Positions 37,701 to 51,334 of a stretch of 64,000 nt of DNA are shown piece by piece (position 1 is the stretch's first letter; the number at the start of each line of letters is the position of its first letter). The position numbers and the translations under genes are program-made. The notes under the pieces are model-generated. The model searched no databases and was not told where the DNA came from. It was given only the letters and a program-made list of their open reading frames with translations. Origin of the DNA: Azolla caroliniana (lineage: Eukaryota > Plantae > Polypodiophyta); NCBI GenBank assembly GCA_043228905.1, contig JBHGNT010000002.1, positions 25,358,001 through 25,422,000 on the forward strand. The letters run 5' to 3'.

Positions 37701-40700
37701 GTATAACGTAGTTAGCGCACTTACCGATCCATTCCAATCAGCCCGATGCACGGTTCCAAAAGATCCTGCCAATACAAGTAAAAATGGAAATCAACTAGCA
37801 GATATTGTCAGCAACTACAGTGAACATTAATTAATGTTTAGTCCACATAACAACGCAGATTATGGCAGGATAAGAAAACACACAGTCAACACGAACCTGC
37901 ACCTACACGTTCTTTGATGATAAGCTCTTCCCATGCTATTTCAAACCCATCCAGTCCAAGCAACAGCTCCACATTCTTGGGTTTTCGAACTGCTAAATCT
38001 GATGGCTCAGGAGGATCTATTCTAGCTTCGTCCAGATCTATCTCTGGAAAGGATGCATGATGTTGCAATACAGGATGTTGTGCAGTATTAATGTTATCAT
38101 CAGGAGGGCAACTCAAATTGTTTGCAATTGGGCTTCTATCTGATGCCTTAGCAAAATTTTGTTCAGAGACTGATTTTTTTATCCTCCCTGAGTGCATGGA
38201 TATAACATCATTTGTATAGTGAATTGCTTGATGTGGAATTGTAACTCCAGCTTTGGCACTAGCAAATGCTTTCTTACCAGCTGATGAGTTCAAGTTTTTC
38301 AATATATTATGACTTTCTTCTCTCCTTTCTGGTTAAAAATTCCCAAAATGAAGCATGCAATCAGAAATACTTCTTCTTTTCATGGCACAAGTTTACAAGT
38401 CTGTTGGACATCTTTGTATGCTCAAAGCGGTCCTTACCTGCACATAACGAAGCTTGGCAAGAATGGGTGGTATATACAACTTCTGATCCTTTGCCAGAAT
38501 TTCTAGAACTTTTCCACTCATTCCCATCATCGCCCAAAGCTTCTGATGCCCTCCACTGTGGCAGTCGAAGTGGTGAGGCTATCGCTAATGGTTGTAAGCT
38601 TTTCAAAAACAGTTCTGGACAGGATAAATCCCCAGGATTTGCGATCAGATCAACAAGGAATTCCCTGCATGTATGCATATCCTTATTAAAGATGATAGGA
38701 TCATAAGCCAAGATATGAAAATAAATAAAGGCTGAAAGATTGTAAGACCCAAATTAGCATATTAATACAGACAATATCCCAAGAAAAGAAAAACAATTCA
38801 GAAAGAGCCAAAACACACATCGACACGGAGTGGGGCCATTAAAGAGATAATATAAATACATGCCCATAAAACTCATACAAAAGGACAAGCAAACCTAATG
38901 CATACAATACCTTTCATTACCACAAAGAACCAGACATGATGCCCCATCATCATGTCCACAATATTTGCATCCACGAGCAATACGACATGGAAGCTTCACA
39001 TTATCTGCCAAAACCTGCATTAGATAAAATGGAATTCAAATCTAGTTTTAATTGTTCAGTACTCTAACAACATGTATCCTTAGCATTCTAAAGATCTCAA
39101 TAAAAAATAACAGAATATCTTAATTATTTCTCTCTGACACGATTTCCAATAAAGTAATTTACACAAAGATACGTGTCATACATGCAAAGTTGATAAATAG
39201 CAAAGTTGAAAAGGACCAGTAGACATCATAATATTCACAGAATGTTGAGTTCTTACATTTCATTTGGCTTGCATTATTGGTTTTCACTGGTTTTTCAAAG
39301 GGAACATATGTTCATTATAGATGTATATGCATTTTTTACATCTTTTGACAGGGATAAGCCCATAATAGTTGACAGCCTAAATGGTACAGTTTGAGATATC
39401 TTGAAAACATTTACTCATTGCAGCATTACAGTCAAAAGTTCATGTCTGCCATTTGTGTTTTAACACCTTATTGTTGATCCTCCCAACAAATATCAATTGG
39501 CCTGTTCACAAGAAGCTACAAAATATGAAATTCATTGAACTTGGAAATGGAAGGTGAAATTGGGTCTTTCAAGGATTTTTCAATTTTCAATTTTCACATT
39601 ATCATTAACCCTATAATTCTGTTCCTCCTCTACTAAAGAATATCCTTATTTAGATTTATATATTACTACCTAATTCAGGTAGGTATTGACAGCATATATA
39701 GCATAGTCATATCTCCATGTAAAGCATTCACTCTCGGCTATAGAAGGATTCCAATAGAGAATAATAGTCTTTTTGCAGAAAGTAGTGGCATATTAGCATC
39801 TTATTCATGAAAAATGACAATGTATACTGTTGTCCTCTTGTTAAGCACCAGCGATTTTCCATTGAAATTAATCTGTAAATGGCCATCATAGTTGGCAACA
39901 TAAATTCTGCAAGTTGAAAAACTTTGGAAACCTTTACTCACTGCAGGATTATGATCAAGCAATATCTGCTCTTTTCAATGAAATCAATAGCCCTTTTCAT
40001 GATCCTCAACAAGCATGGAACCAGTTGAATGGGAAAAATGGAAGATGAGTCACATCATGGAAAACACAAAGAGAGAGAAAGAGAGATTACGTCAAAGTTC
40101 TCCAAAGACAACAAAAAATGTATAATTTTAAAAAAATAAAACATTTTAGTTATTATACCCCAAAATTTAGAGCATGCTAGTCCCTCATACAAATTGAGGA
40201 ATAGTAAAAAAAAACTCAAGATATGATACAACCATCTGAATAAAAGCAAGAATTAAAGACTTCCCTTGGTGTAATGCAGAATTTAATATCTCATAGGACC
40301 ACAACCACAAAATTGGGGGGAAAAGTGCTTCACCAAAGAAGTTCAAAGAAATTTAAGGTGGATAGTCTGAGCATTGCAAGCATTTCAAGACAAAGAATAA
40401 ATATTTAAGTTCTGTTTGTTTCAAATAAAAGTTCAAATTACCTTGAAAAGCAATGCACGATGCCTGCATAGCCCAACTGAGACACTTCCTATTGGAAAGA
40501 CTACACAGTTGAGGCACTCTTTTAGAGCCATAGTGCTTGCCTTCCATTTGCTTGTTAGTTCACCATGCTCTGTAGGTGCTGAACCCCTTGTAGTTGTAAT
40601 ATGTATTCCAAAATATTAAGTTAAACCCTACCCCACTAGTGTATCGAAATAAAATAATCCAGAGTAACAGATTTTACACTCACCCCATGCTCTCACAAAC

Positions 40701-43251
40701 AAGCTTCCCAATTTGTGCAGCTAGCATCTGGGAATCTGTAGTTGTTTGGGAAATTTCGATAGCCTGATTTTCTAACTCACATAAATGTGCATCCGTGTGC
40801 TTGTCAATCACAATAACTTCCATTTTAGTGTCTCCTGGGTTCACGGTCTTCAAAAGATCTAACCTTGGTAGGCGCCCTCCATCTTCATCACGGTTACTGC
40901 ACAGTGCCCAAACGTAAGGATTCATTCCCCAAACATGATAAAAGCCATCCATTATTCGATCGCCATATCCAAGACTTCCATTGACCTGCCAAGTTTTCCA
41001 CAGAGGTTTATCAGGAATGAACATAGTAAGGAATTACTTTCGGAAAATATCGGCAATAAATCAATTATTTTTAAATGCTTCATTTACCTGAACACTTAAA
41101 ACCTGTAATTGTTATAATTATCCTATTATTTATTTTACCCAGTTTATGCCACATTACGCAGTACGTCTGCTGAATGTAAACAAAGTATGCATCAACAAGT
41201 TTATGGCATTTGGTGACCCAATCTCCTCTTGAATTCTCACTATGCTTGTCCAATCCCTTAAGATCTAGCTCATATGAAATACCCAATATCGTTTGTTTTA
41301 CTTAGTTTGCACCACCAGTATAAGGAATACATCTATTTAAAGGAAGTATCCGTCAACAACATCAGGATGTTATATGAGCCAATATCACCTAGAATTTGCA
41401 GTATGCTTAACAAAGCGCTTAAGAGCTGTGATTGCTAGCGTTGTATAAACTATCTCTATAGTTCGTTTTACATTGTTTATACTGCTAGCATATGGAATAC
41501 ACCTACTCAATATGAGAAAAGTTTGCATCAATAGCTTTAAGATACTGATGGCAAAAAAGAATTTTTCACACTATGATTACCCAAAAACGTAGGGATGTTG
41601 CCAGCAGTGAGCTACTCCCTGAAGACAGCAGAAATGACTGGGTCTCACTGATATGGTATGGCAAAAGGATTGGCTCCTCAGTTATCTCTGCCTCTGTAAC
41701 AAGCCGTAACGTGAGTGCCAGTTGTAAGTTATAGCTGTGCTCAGTTTGCTGAGCCCAACTTTGTCGAGAAGAATATCCATCAAGTTTCCTACCCCTTCTT
41801 CCTCCCTCCGGAGCCTCACTATATGCACCAAAAATCCCGGAGTCACTAGCACTGGTAGATACAGGTGGCGAGAGTGTCGATAACGGAATATCGCTCGAAA
41901 AATGGCTGTCTGAGAGACTGCTTCCACTAGATTGTCTTTGCAGTGCTGACAGGCAGCTGTCCCTAACTCTGATACCATAGTCAAACGGCTGATTTTTTAT
42001 CATGTACTCACCTGCAACACCAAACCAATCAGAATATATATATATATATATATATATCAAAACAAGGATCATTCTAACTAATCCTATATGAATATTCACA
42101 AACCAAATAGACCGAAACCATAAAATCCACCATTGTTCTAATTAATTCATTAGAAACTACCTCAAAACCACCATCTTTGTCACTGATACATTGAAACTTT
42201 TACCAATCAAACATATCAAAACTACCATCATTCTAACCAAATCAATGAAATATTTCCTGACCAAACACATCAAAACAACCACTATTCTCATTAAAGCGAT
42301 GAAATCTTCAAATCAAGAATATAAGGTCAACCATCACTCTCACAAAAGTATAGAAATCTTCCTCAACTGAGCATATTAAAACCACCATTGGTCTCAGTAA
42401 AGTATTAAAATCTTTCTAAATCAAAAAGATCAAAACCACCATCATTTGCACTCAAGTATTAAGACCTTCCTGAATCAAACATATCAACGACACTATCACT
42501 TCCCAATCAAACAGATCAAAACCACACCATTATCACTAAAGTGTTTAAGCCTTTCCCAATCCAACATATCAAAATAACCACTATTCTCATCAAGCATTGA
42601 AATCTTGCCAACATATCCAATGCACTACCATTCCCAACTAAATAGCTCAAAACCACCACCATTCTCACTAAGGCATAATTAAACATCTCCAAACCACCAT
42701 CATTATCACTAAAGTCAGCATTTTAAACGAGATCAACATTCTCACTAATACATCTAAACTTTTTTCCTCTGTTCTCAATGCTTACCTGGTGAACTTCGAT
42801 TCGATGATCTCCCAAGCAAAGCTCTTTCACCAGCAACAGAGAAAGCAAACCTATCGGCAGGGATATACGAGTTCCACTCTGAATGGCTACTTCTCGTCTT
42901 CAAATACTGAGCTCCAAAGATGCTTTCCGAAACCAAAGGATGGTTTCGGTCCAAATCGAGACCTTTATCGATACTAGAGAATCTTGAGGCAGCCAGAGGA
43001 GATCTATCTAGTCGATGAATTCCCTCACTATGGAATCCTCCTCTACTGTTTATTGATGAAGAGTTGCTTTTAAGTTTTGTGGCAGATTGGAAAGCTTCTA
43101 ACGCTTGGCGAGTACCCTCCGCATGAGGAATTAGGTCTCCACCACAGCCTTCTTGCAAATGATGGTACCTCATTTGTTCTTGTTCTTGTTCTTGTTCTTG
43201 TGGTTCTTCTTGGCTGCTCAAGGATATATAATTGAATTTGTGAGGTTGCAT
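32994..43251 (-). CDS. CTR1: CTR1-like Raf-type (B3) MAPKKK, ~949 aa. Exons 43251-42786, 42011-41581, 40985-40684, 40586-40442, 39014-38911, 38664-38438, 38280-37897, 37765-37725, 37611-37543, 36250-36150, 36020-35936, 35845-35747, 35641-35573, 35391-35260, 33270-33176, 33093-32994
   Basis: N-terminus [14 protein letters not shown] (resembles CTR1 ...NYTLLSQ); LQRQSSGSS; [16 protein letters not shown]; EDR1/CN domain [24 protein letters not shown]; kinase [40 protein letters not shown]. All introns GT-AG; 2850 nt in frame. Confidence 0.92.
33480..33740 (-). mobile_element. Possible Copia gag N-terminal relic in CTR1-like intron 14
   Basis: Frameshifted [10 protein letters not shown] / [12 protein letters not shown] resembles the NYxxWxxxMxxxLxxxxLWxxV gag (DUF4219-type) motif. 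Confidence 0.4.
34083..34161. other. Intronic stem-loop (perfect 15-bp inverted repeat, 19-nt loop, imperfect extension)
   Basis: caagttggttgatag (34097-34111) / ctatcaaccaacttg (34131-34145). Confidence 0.8.
34717..34755. repeat. (AG)n microsatellite
   Basis: Direct reading. Confidence 0.95.
42055..42750. repeat. ~55-60-bp degenerate minisatellite (about a dozen units) filling CTR1-like intron 1
   Basis: Recurring catatcaaaaccaccattattctcactaaagtattgaaatctttcc-like unit. Confidence 0.8.
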
Positions 43252-46140
43252 GGCAATCACTACTTCCTGATACTTCTCCTGATGAAGATGATATTGCTGT
43301 TGATGGTATCAATACTGTTTCTGATGCTGATGCTAGTGTTTGTGACGTTGATGTTGTTACTAATAAAGAGAGTAACGACGACGTTAACAATGATGGTGTT
43401 GTTGTGGATGATGATGACCTAGCTGAGTTCGATTCAATGATAAACCCGTCAGGAAGATTGCTCATTTCGCATTAACCAATCAAAGAAGTTGAAACTCAAA
43501 AGGCAAAAAACAACATTTTGTTAGCTCCCTTTTATCAGGGAGTAAAAGCGCAGATGAACGCTTCTTCATAGAGAGAGAGAGAGAGAGATAGAGAGAGAAA
43601 CTCTCCCTGAGCAGGGATCCCCCTGTTTTTCTGAGGCAGCAAAACAAGCCCAAGGTATGGATTTATGCAGGAATCGGTTAGGATTAGGATTAAGATTAAG
43701 ATAGGCAGCAGGGGGGAGGGGGAGTAGAGACTAGGGACTTCTGTGGAGAAACCTGTCTATGGAATTTAGGATCCCAGAGGGAGGCGAAGGCACACAGAAA
43801 CACAGTATCAAATCTGCGAATTTCTTGTCTGTGTGAATGTGTTCATTCTGTTCATCTTCTTCCTCTTTCTTCTGCATACACACCGATGAAGCAGAGGACC
43901 GCATATTGTTCAGGGACCATTTCTTTTCTGTTTATCCCTCAAGTTTCTGTTATTCACAAAACTGGGCTTCTTCTCCCTTCTCTCTCTCTTTCTCCTTCTT
44001 CTTCTTCTTCTTCTTCTTCTTCTTCTTCTTCTTCTTTCCTCCCCATTGCTACTTCTGCCACTACCCTTGGGCCATTGGTCACCTGGACAAATCAACAACC
44101 GTCCGTCACGTAGCCTCGGGCTACTACCCTTGGCCATTGGTCCTTGGCAATTTGGGCCCAGGTCAACAACCAGGCGAGACACAAGAACCAAACCAATACG
44201 TCGTAACCTGACACAACATCGATCACACCACCTAATCTCATTTCAAATCTATACGGAAGTATGAGAAATAGAATGACCTCCACACATGGGAGTTGTTGGT
44301 TATGCTCCCTACCTCGCCTCATACCACTTGATAAGGGTGTGGTGTGAAAAAGGTCATGATCACCAACCTACATACTCGAGCTTGTTGAAGTTTTTTTTTG
44401 TTTGGGGGGGCGTTATTTGGATAGATATGCTTAGAGTCATTGATATCAACTTATAATGTTAAACATTATAAAAGGAACACCTTTGTAAACGTGGGAATGC
44501 ATCATCTTCCCACCACACTTGGGCGAACTAGGCTTCGTCTAGCCTATAAAAGCTGATGTCGTTGTAAACTTCAAATGACACATTATGATCAACATTGGAG
44601 AATCATGGCAACCCTACAACGCCACGACGTTCGCATAACAAGATGTATGAATATTATCGGTATAGGTTTCATTCTTGTTCCAGGCCGATTTGGCGAGCAT
44701 CACACATGTTATAAGTGCATTACGACATACTAATTGAGAATCTATTGTGATGAGTTCACATTGCATATCCATTATCATTAACCACCCCCCATCAATCTCA
44801 ACATTTTTTTGATATGAGGTATAGTTTGTCGAAAATCATCCATTCGAAATAACACTTTTTTGCTTGGATTAGGTTTTGTATAACAGCAAAGGATAGATAG
44901 TTGGCATGTAAAAAGAGATGAGAAGGTTGCCCATTTCACATCGGTATGTGTGAAACATTACGGTTATATTTTTCAAAGATAAATAGAGACTAGGGATCCA
45001 TTTTCCTTATGTTTGTATTATTACTTTTGGCCCACAAATGAAATATTGCCAAATTGCTGCTAGTAAGAAGTGCATACGCGAGAGTTATTAGTTTTACAAT
45101 GGCTAGAAAATGTTGGGCAAAAGCTTGTTGTAGGGTCAGGCTTGCACGTACGATGCGGGCATATTAATGCAAGGTAGTCCATCAGTGTGTGAAAAGTTTT
45201 TGCATTAAGGTGTGAATTGTGCCTTTGTGGCTCCACCCCACTAATACTTCATGATGATAGTGGGATGTGTTCTAACTAGGCCTTGCTACAAGCTAAAATG
45301 TGTACATTATTTATCTTATGTTTTATGTTGGCAATTTATAATATGTCTTACCATCACCCCTCCCCCCATCTCATTCAAAGAATATCAATTTGTTATTGAT
45401 TCACAACTACAAGTAATGAACTTTATTTCTATATGCAATTATTGCAATATATGTTGCTTACTTTCTAAGCATACACACACCGTACACGCAGAGTAAAGTG
45501 AAATGACACATTAGGCAAGTTTAAGACAACACATGGACAAAAATCACAATTGATTGAATAGCAATATTTGATACGTATGTCGCTTGAAATATGTATATAT
45601 TGTTGAGATGTGAGACACCAATGTCCACGTCCTTTCATACCAACAATTGCAATTACCATATCAGTAATTGATTAAAACATTGAGAAAGGGGAGAAGATGC
45701 TTGCAAAAGAAAAATATATGCCAACAATTGTAGATTATTGCTAGAAATCTTGACTTTGTGACATTGTTGAAGTATTCGAAATACTAGCCCTTTAAATACT
45801 CAATATGTTTGTATCTATATGTAACATAATATATAATACTCTAAATTGTCTATTACAAAGAAACGAGAAAAGGTGATCCTCACTACTAGGGAAGCAAATG
45901 TATAAAGAAATTGCAATTTGTAAGGTGAGGGATATTTGGACATGCAAGGTAATGAGGGAAGGTTGTTTTCCATTTTCATTAGCCATCCTTAGACAATATC
46001 TACACTTGGAAATGAAAGACATCGTTACATGTGTGTGCACTTCACCTAATCCCTCATCCATATTGTAATCGAGGTAGTTCCGTCATGAAGAATATGCCAA
46101 TGCTTGTCCATAATTATCATAAAACCACTTAACATGTAGA

Positions 46141-46248
46141 AATATTGCATTCTAAAATATAAGGTATAAATATTGCAAGGTTGAAATCTAAGGTATAACG
46201 ATTGCATGCTTGAAATCTAAGGTATAAATATGACATTTTTGAAATCTA
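46141..46248. repeat. ~29-bp tandem repeat x3-4
   Basis: attgca...tgaaatctaaggtataa units. Confidence 0.8.
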
Positions 46249-46855
46249 GTCGCGTCTTAGTTTCTTCCTATCCAATTTGACAATTTTGTCACTTAACAAA
46301 CGTCTTAGCCATAAGTGGAACCGACATGTGCAATGAGTTGAGTTGGCCACCATTTATTTAGGCTAGAATAAAATATATCGCAGAGGTATTGTAGTATAAC
46401 ACTTAACATTGTTATTCTAACGCAAATGTTGGTCATTATTGTACTTGTAATCTTGAATGATATCAAAGTGGGTTGTGTAAGCCCCATTATGCCATGGGTG
46501 GTTCAACAACTATTTTGCATCCTTGTATAATTGATACATGTGTGTGGTTTATGTATCGATAAATCATATGTGCATCACCATCATCATTTGATGTGATCAT
46601 TATTATTATTATTAATTAACATCTCTTCGTGGTCATCTTTAGCTCCATGTCATAGATATGACCATATCATTTTATACTCCAAAAGAGGTAAACATATAAT
46701 GTAGATTATGCTCTCTCTTTTTGCCAATCTACTAATTAAAATGTTTGAATTGAAATCGGAGTGATATCGTGGTTGAAAATTGCATTGACGTTTAGGGCAC
46801 TTTGTTTGAGAAAAAGAGCATGTTCTGAAATCTTATTCCGTATCTAGAATCTATA

Positions 46856-46890
<35 letters not shown>

Positions 46891-47903
46891 TATATATATT
46901 CCAAAGAAGAGTATACTCCATTAGTTAAAATGACATACAATACACAACTTTAGACATTACCTACTTCCATATGGGCTACATCACTTATTTATCTTACACT
47001 AAATAGCCCACATGTTTGTTCTCCATGTTTCTCACATATATATTTTTCGATCATGAATCGATGCCAAAGAATAGACTATATCGATATTTCTCAATTTAAG
47101 AATGTCTAAAATACATAAACATACCTTCAAAAAAATCAAGTTGGGTTGTGCACATGTCATAAATTGTACACATATCGTTTGCGATTGACAATTGTTATGC
47201 TAACATCGCCTTCCAAAGGATCTATGAGTGTGCCTAGGATTGACCTAAACTTATAAAGGGAATTTCAAAACAACCATCAACCCCAATTGCAAATATGAAG
47301 CTTTATGAAGGTAATATCATGGCGATGTGTTTAAATTTGTTGAATTCAATCAACAATAACATTATGATGCTATAAAAACCAGATTTATATTTTAGTTAAA
47401 ACATTCATAGAGCATACTAGTTAATGGGTGGAGAAAAGGGGTGAATGTAAACATTATGTATCCTTTTTATATGCTATTATGAGACATAGTCTAATGCAAA
47501 AAAAAAGTTATACCCTTAAATCCACAAATAGAGATGGGTAAACCTAAAAAATAGCAATCGGTAAGTAGCATCACAATTTTGTATATTTGGAAGGCCAAGT
47601 GCTTGAACATATTCCAAAATGTGACATAAAGATGTGCTCAGTTAATCACGGGGATTTGGATAGGGATTGTGCATAATCTTAAGAGGTTATTTAGATAACA
47701 TAAAAGGTAATACACAATAGGCAGAGTTACAACTATTGGAGTTTCATTTTACGGTATGTTGAAAGCATGTGGCAACATGGGAGAATTGGTTGTACATACT
47801 AAAATGAAACTAGATTTTGTGATGGATGGAGGAGTTGTGGGATAGATTGGCTTCAATGGTTGCACAATCTCTACGGAAAGCATAGTGTCGTAGCTGATGT
47901 GCC

Positions 47904-47948
47904 TTTTAAAAAACTAATGGAAGGATATTTTGTTTTGGAAAAAAAATT
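47904..47948 (+). repeat. ~45-bp segment with an inverted copy at 52722-52768
   Basis: aaaactaatggaaggatattttgttttggaaaaaaa vs reverse complement aaaactaatggaaggatatttcgttttgggaaaaaaa. Confidence 0.75.
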
Positions 47949-48077
47949 ATTGGAGTTTCATGCCATACGAGATAAAACAAATATTTTATAGGTTGTTTTT
48001 TGACAAGGTGAAGGGGTTTTACTCAACATCAAACGATTTATTTAACTCGATACTTAGAATTTAACATTGGTAAAAAA

Positions 48078-48172
48078 ACGGGGGTTATTAACTATATGTA
48101 CATTTTTCATGTACAACCTTATGACGTTTCTTAATACTAATGCAACATCTTTTCTTGGAAAAAAGAAGCTAA
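48078..48172 (+). repeat. ~95-bp dispersed repeat (second copy 58971-59067)
   Basis: acg(g/a)gggttattaactatatgtacat...acaacctta...cgttt.ttaat...taatg...tttcttggaaaaaa. Confidence 0.75.
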
Positions 48173-48788
48173 GGTTTCACATTGTGCTTTGACATGTAAC
48201 ATCTTATATTAACATTAACAAACTACACAACAATTGAAATTAATGTTGGTGATATTGCTCTTATAATTGAACCTCCATGTGTATAACAATGTCACGCTCA
48301 TTTGTATTCCTTAGAATAAACATACTCAACCCAATGAAGGCTCACACAAAAAACTTGTTTTTGGTTATTAGAATTAATCGCAATTCCCACGAGACTCTTG
48401 ATTCTCGACATTTGTGGTCATGTTTGATGACATTTGACACAAAGGACAAATGCTCTAGTTTTTTTATTAAAAATTAGTAAATGGCGTGGGCTTGTAGAGT
48501 TGTGCATAATGATAAAACAAAGACTTCGTAGCCCACATACATAATTAAAGTTTTGTCGTTTGGCTTCAACTTTTTTAACAGAGGAATGTCTCCACATGAA
48601 TCTAACTTTTGTAAGCTTACCAAAATCACACTACCATCTATTGTTGTTTATTTTTCTTTATGAAAAATAGGATTTCCTTTATTTCCTAATTTTTATTGTC
48701 AAATGTGCATGTATTGAGTTCAAGAATTTTGGCCTATAATGCTAGTAGGAGGGAATATTGTACATCCCCCTAAATGATTTATTTGCTA

Positions 48789-49086
48789 TTTTTTCCAAAA
48801 TAAAGCTACTTTCCCATTAGTTAGGAAGGATTATTACAAGGAGACTATACAAGGAAGCTTATACACAAAACGGGGAATCTCCCTCAGATCAAGATCAAGA
48901 AAATGAGACTACTTACATAGTTTTTCAAACCAACTACCTAAAGTAAGTAGATACCTATACCTAAAAGCAGTGGCCTTTAGTGTCGGCCAGAATGAGCCGA
49001 CTCCCGGGGCCTACATCGAAGGGAGGGAGGCGTGAAAGAAGGAAACAACCATCGTGGGGGCTGGTAGTTCCACCTCGGTCCACTTA
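48789..49086 (-). mobile_element. Short 5'-truncated LINE 3' end (same subfamily as 14178-14695)
   Basis: Minus strand GPRWNYQPPRWLFPS plus 3'UTR aligning along its length to 14190-14480; T-run at the left. Confidence 0.8.
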
Positions 49087-50189
49087 GTTTGCAAGCATTG
49101 CTTTCTCAGTACACATCTCATGCATGTCATGTGTCCTATGGTGTGTGTGTGTGTGTGTGTGTGTGAGAAAGAGAGAGAGAGAAAGAGAGAAAGAGAAATA
49201 AAAAGTAAAACATATCCATTCAGTAAATGTCACCATGATACCTTAATTGTTGTCCTCCCATGTGTTAAACCCTCATTCTCAATGAAATATTGAACAATAG
49301 ATATCCATGGTTATGAGTTTGAATACATGTCTTGCATTGATGAAAATCCATGAGCCATCATATGCATAAATAAGTCCAATACTCCAACTCACTCCACGCG
49401 CTTAGAGGTTGATAGATGATTCTACACAACCCATGTGATTCCTATCTTATCCCTCTTCCTCCACAACAAATATTGAAGAGATTGCAAACTAGAATGCAAA
49501 GACTTCTTTGTTCATGGCAACAACGACAAGTAATATAATATCATGAGTTCCATAATGCATTGTCCAACCTTCAGGCATGCACGAAATTGCCAAGATTGTG
49601 ACTTCCAATACATGAACTAATCCCTTAACTTACTAGACATCCATTCAGTCAATTGACAATACATAACATTCATTCCAAATGGATACTATCACGACATTGT
49701 GACATGAAATACATAGTTTGTGAGTATTGAACCTACAACCTCACATCAACAAGATGTCATTCTAAGCCATTTTGATATGAGCATGCATTTGTATATAATG
49801 GTTAGTATTCTATAGTCTACTAGCATATAGTACATTTCAAAATCAAAATATTGTAGTCGTTAGTATATTCTAGAAATATTGTATGATATATTCTAGACGG
49901 GTATATTCTAGAGATATTTCTCGAGTATATTGTAGTGATATTCAGAACATGTATAAACACTTGTAACCTCCTTGGTCCCTTTCAAGGGATTCAACACAAG
50001 TCATTGACACATCAATCTAGTATTATCTTTTCATGCCATATTGTCATGCTCTCCAGTTAACCCTAGCTTCCTATGTTCATAGTCTTGTCGCTCACAGCTT
50101 CTAGAGTTGCTAGCCTCATCACTTTTGGTTCAACTTATCAGTCATAGCCTCGTCATCCATGCTTCATCGTAGTCCGCGGTTGGTGTGTC

Positions 50190-51330
50190 CGTGATAGTTA
50201 CCCCCAAGTGTCTAAAAATAGAGTCCTTTCTAACCACACATCCTTGTCATCCTAGACATTCCAAATCCCTTACAGTGCATGACATGAGACTAAACTTCTA
50301 CCAATTAATATGTGACTTGAAAGGCAATGCAAATTGCTTCCATACAAGCATCCCCTTCTCAAGATTCTCGAACGAGGCTCATGGAAACATGAAAGAATCA
50401 TTTGCCAAAGCATGTGCTACTAGTTGCCCCCCAAATGGAAAGTGTAGACCCACAATGTCACCATTTGTTGCAACCCTTGATAAAATCACTAACAAGGGAT
50501 GAGTAACAATAACAAATAACAATGGGCTATGTAGGCATCATTGACAAACAAATCCCATGAGGGCAATATTTGATGTAATTCCCCCATTAACCATTGCTCA
50601 AGACACCAAGGCAAGACATACGTGGTCCAAAGCCCATTGTATGCCTTAACCATAAACAAAGGACCAATTAACATGATCATAAGCTTTTTCCAGATCTAAT
50701 TGCACCATAATCAAATCTTGATGAGTGTGTCGTGCATAATCCATGGTCATTTGAACATTCAACACATTATTCAATATATTCTTACCTGCACTAAAACCAT
50801 ATTGGGTGGGGTGTATTAACTTTGGCCAATACTTTTTTGTAATCTATTTGCCAAGGCCTTTGTAAATATCTTATACAACCCCCCTATCTGTTAGACTAAA
50901 ATCATACTCTGCCCATTACCTGTATTCTAGTGTCAACACACTACCTCAATTAGGGCTTGACTATAAAAACATGCAATTGAGTCTTGTAAAATAGTTCGAC
51001 GGGATTTGCAATGATAATTGTCTCTCGAGCAAAAACTATTTCTTTGTATAGATGTCATCTTCTTGTTCAATATCTGTGTTGCACATTGTATCAGATTGCT
51101 TCTCACTTGTCATATTATTTGTTTGATCCATTCACAAAGATCCTAGTTGTTATTCTGCAACCAACCGATTCATCATCTAACACTAGCTGGCTAAAGCACA
51201 TACATAGTGCTAACACTATCAAAGAAATATGTCTCCATTGATGAAATGACTCAAGAGATGTCACCTTTGTAACTAATTTAATGAGACAAACCTTCCAAGC
51301 TTGGGGCATACAACCATAATCCCAACAACA
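50190..51330 (-). mobile_element. Degenerate L1-type LINE reverse transcriptase domain, interrupted by a solo LTR
   Basis: MPQAWKVCLIKLVTK...WRHISLI|GGLYKIFTKALANRLQ...VQLDLEKAYDHVNW...Q*CLHSPLLFVIVTHPL...LANDS...FRHLG. Confidence 0.85.
50889..51215. mobile_element. Solo LTR (327 bp) with 5-bp target-site duplication
   Basis: Termini TGTTAG...CTAACA, flanked by CTATC at 50884-50888 and 51216-51220; removing it restores the LINE RT reading frame. Confidence 0.85.
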
Positions 51331-51331
51331 C

Positions 51332-51334
<3 letters not shown>

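Noticed and set aside
41967-41978. Minus-strand TGGTATCAGAG, like a tRNA-Met primer-binding site
   Set aside because: Lies inside CTR1-like exon 2 (YGIR codons) with no adjacent LTR
42055-42750. Regularly spaced repeats superficially like a CRISPR array
   Set aside because: Eukaryotic intron, degenerate whole-unit tandem repeats without unique spacers, no cas genes
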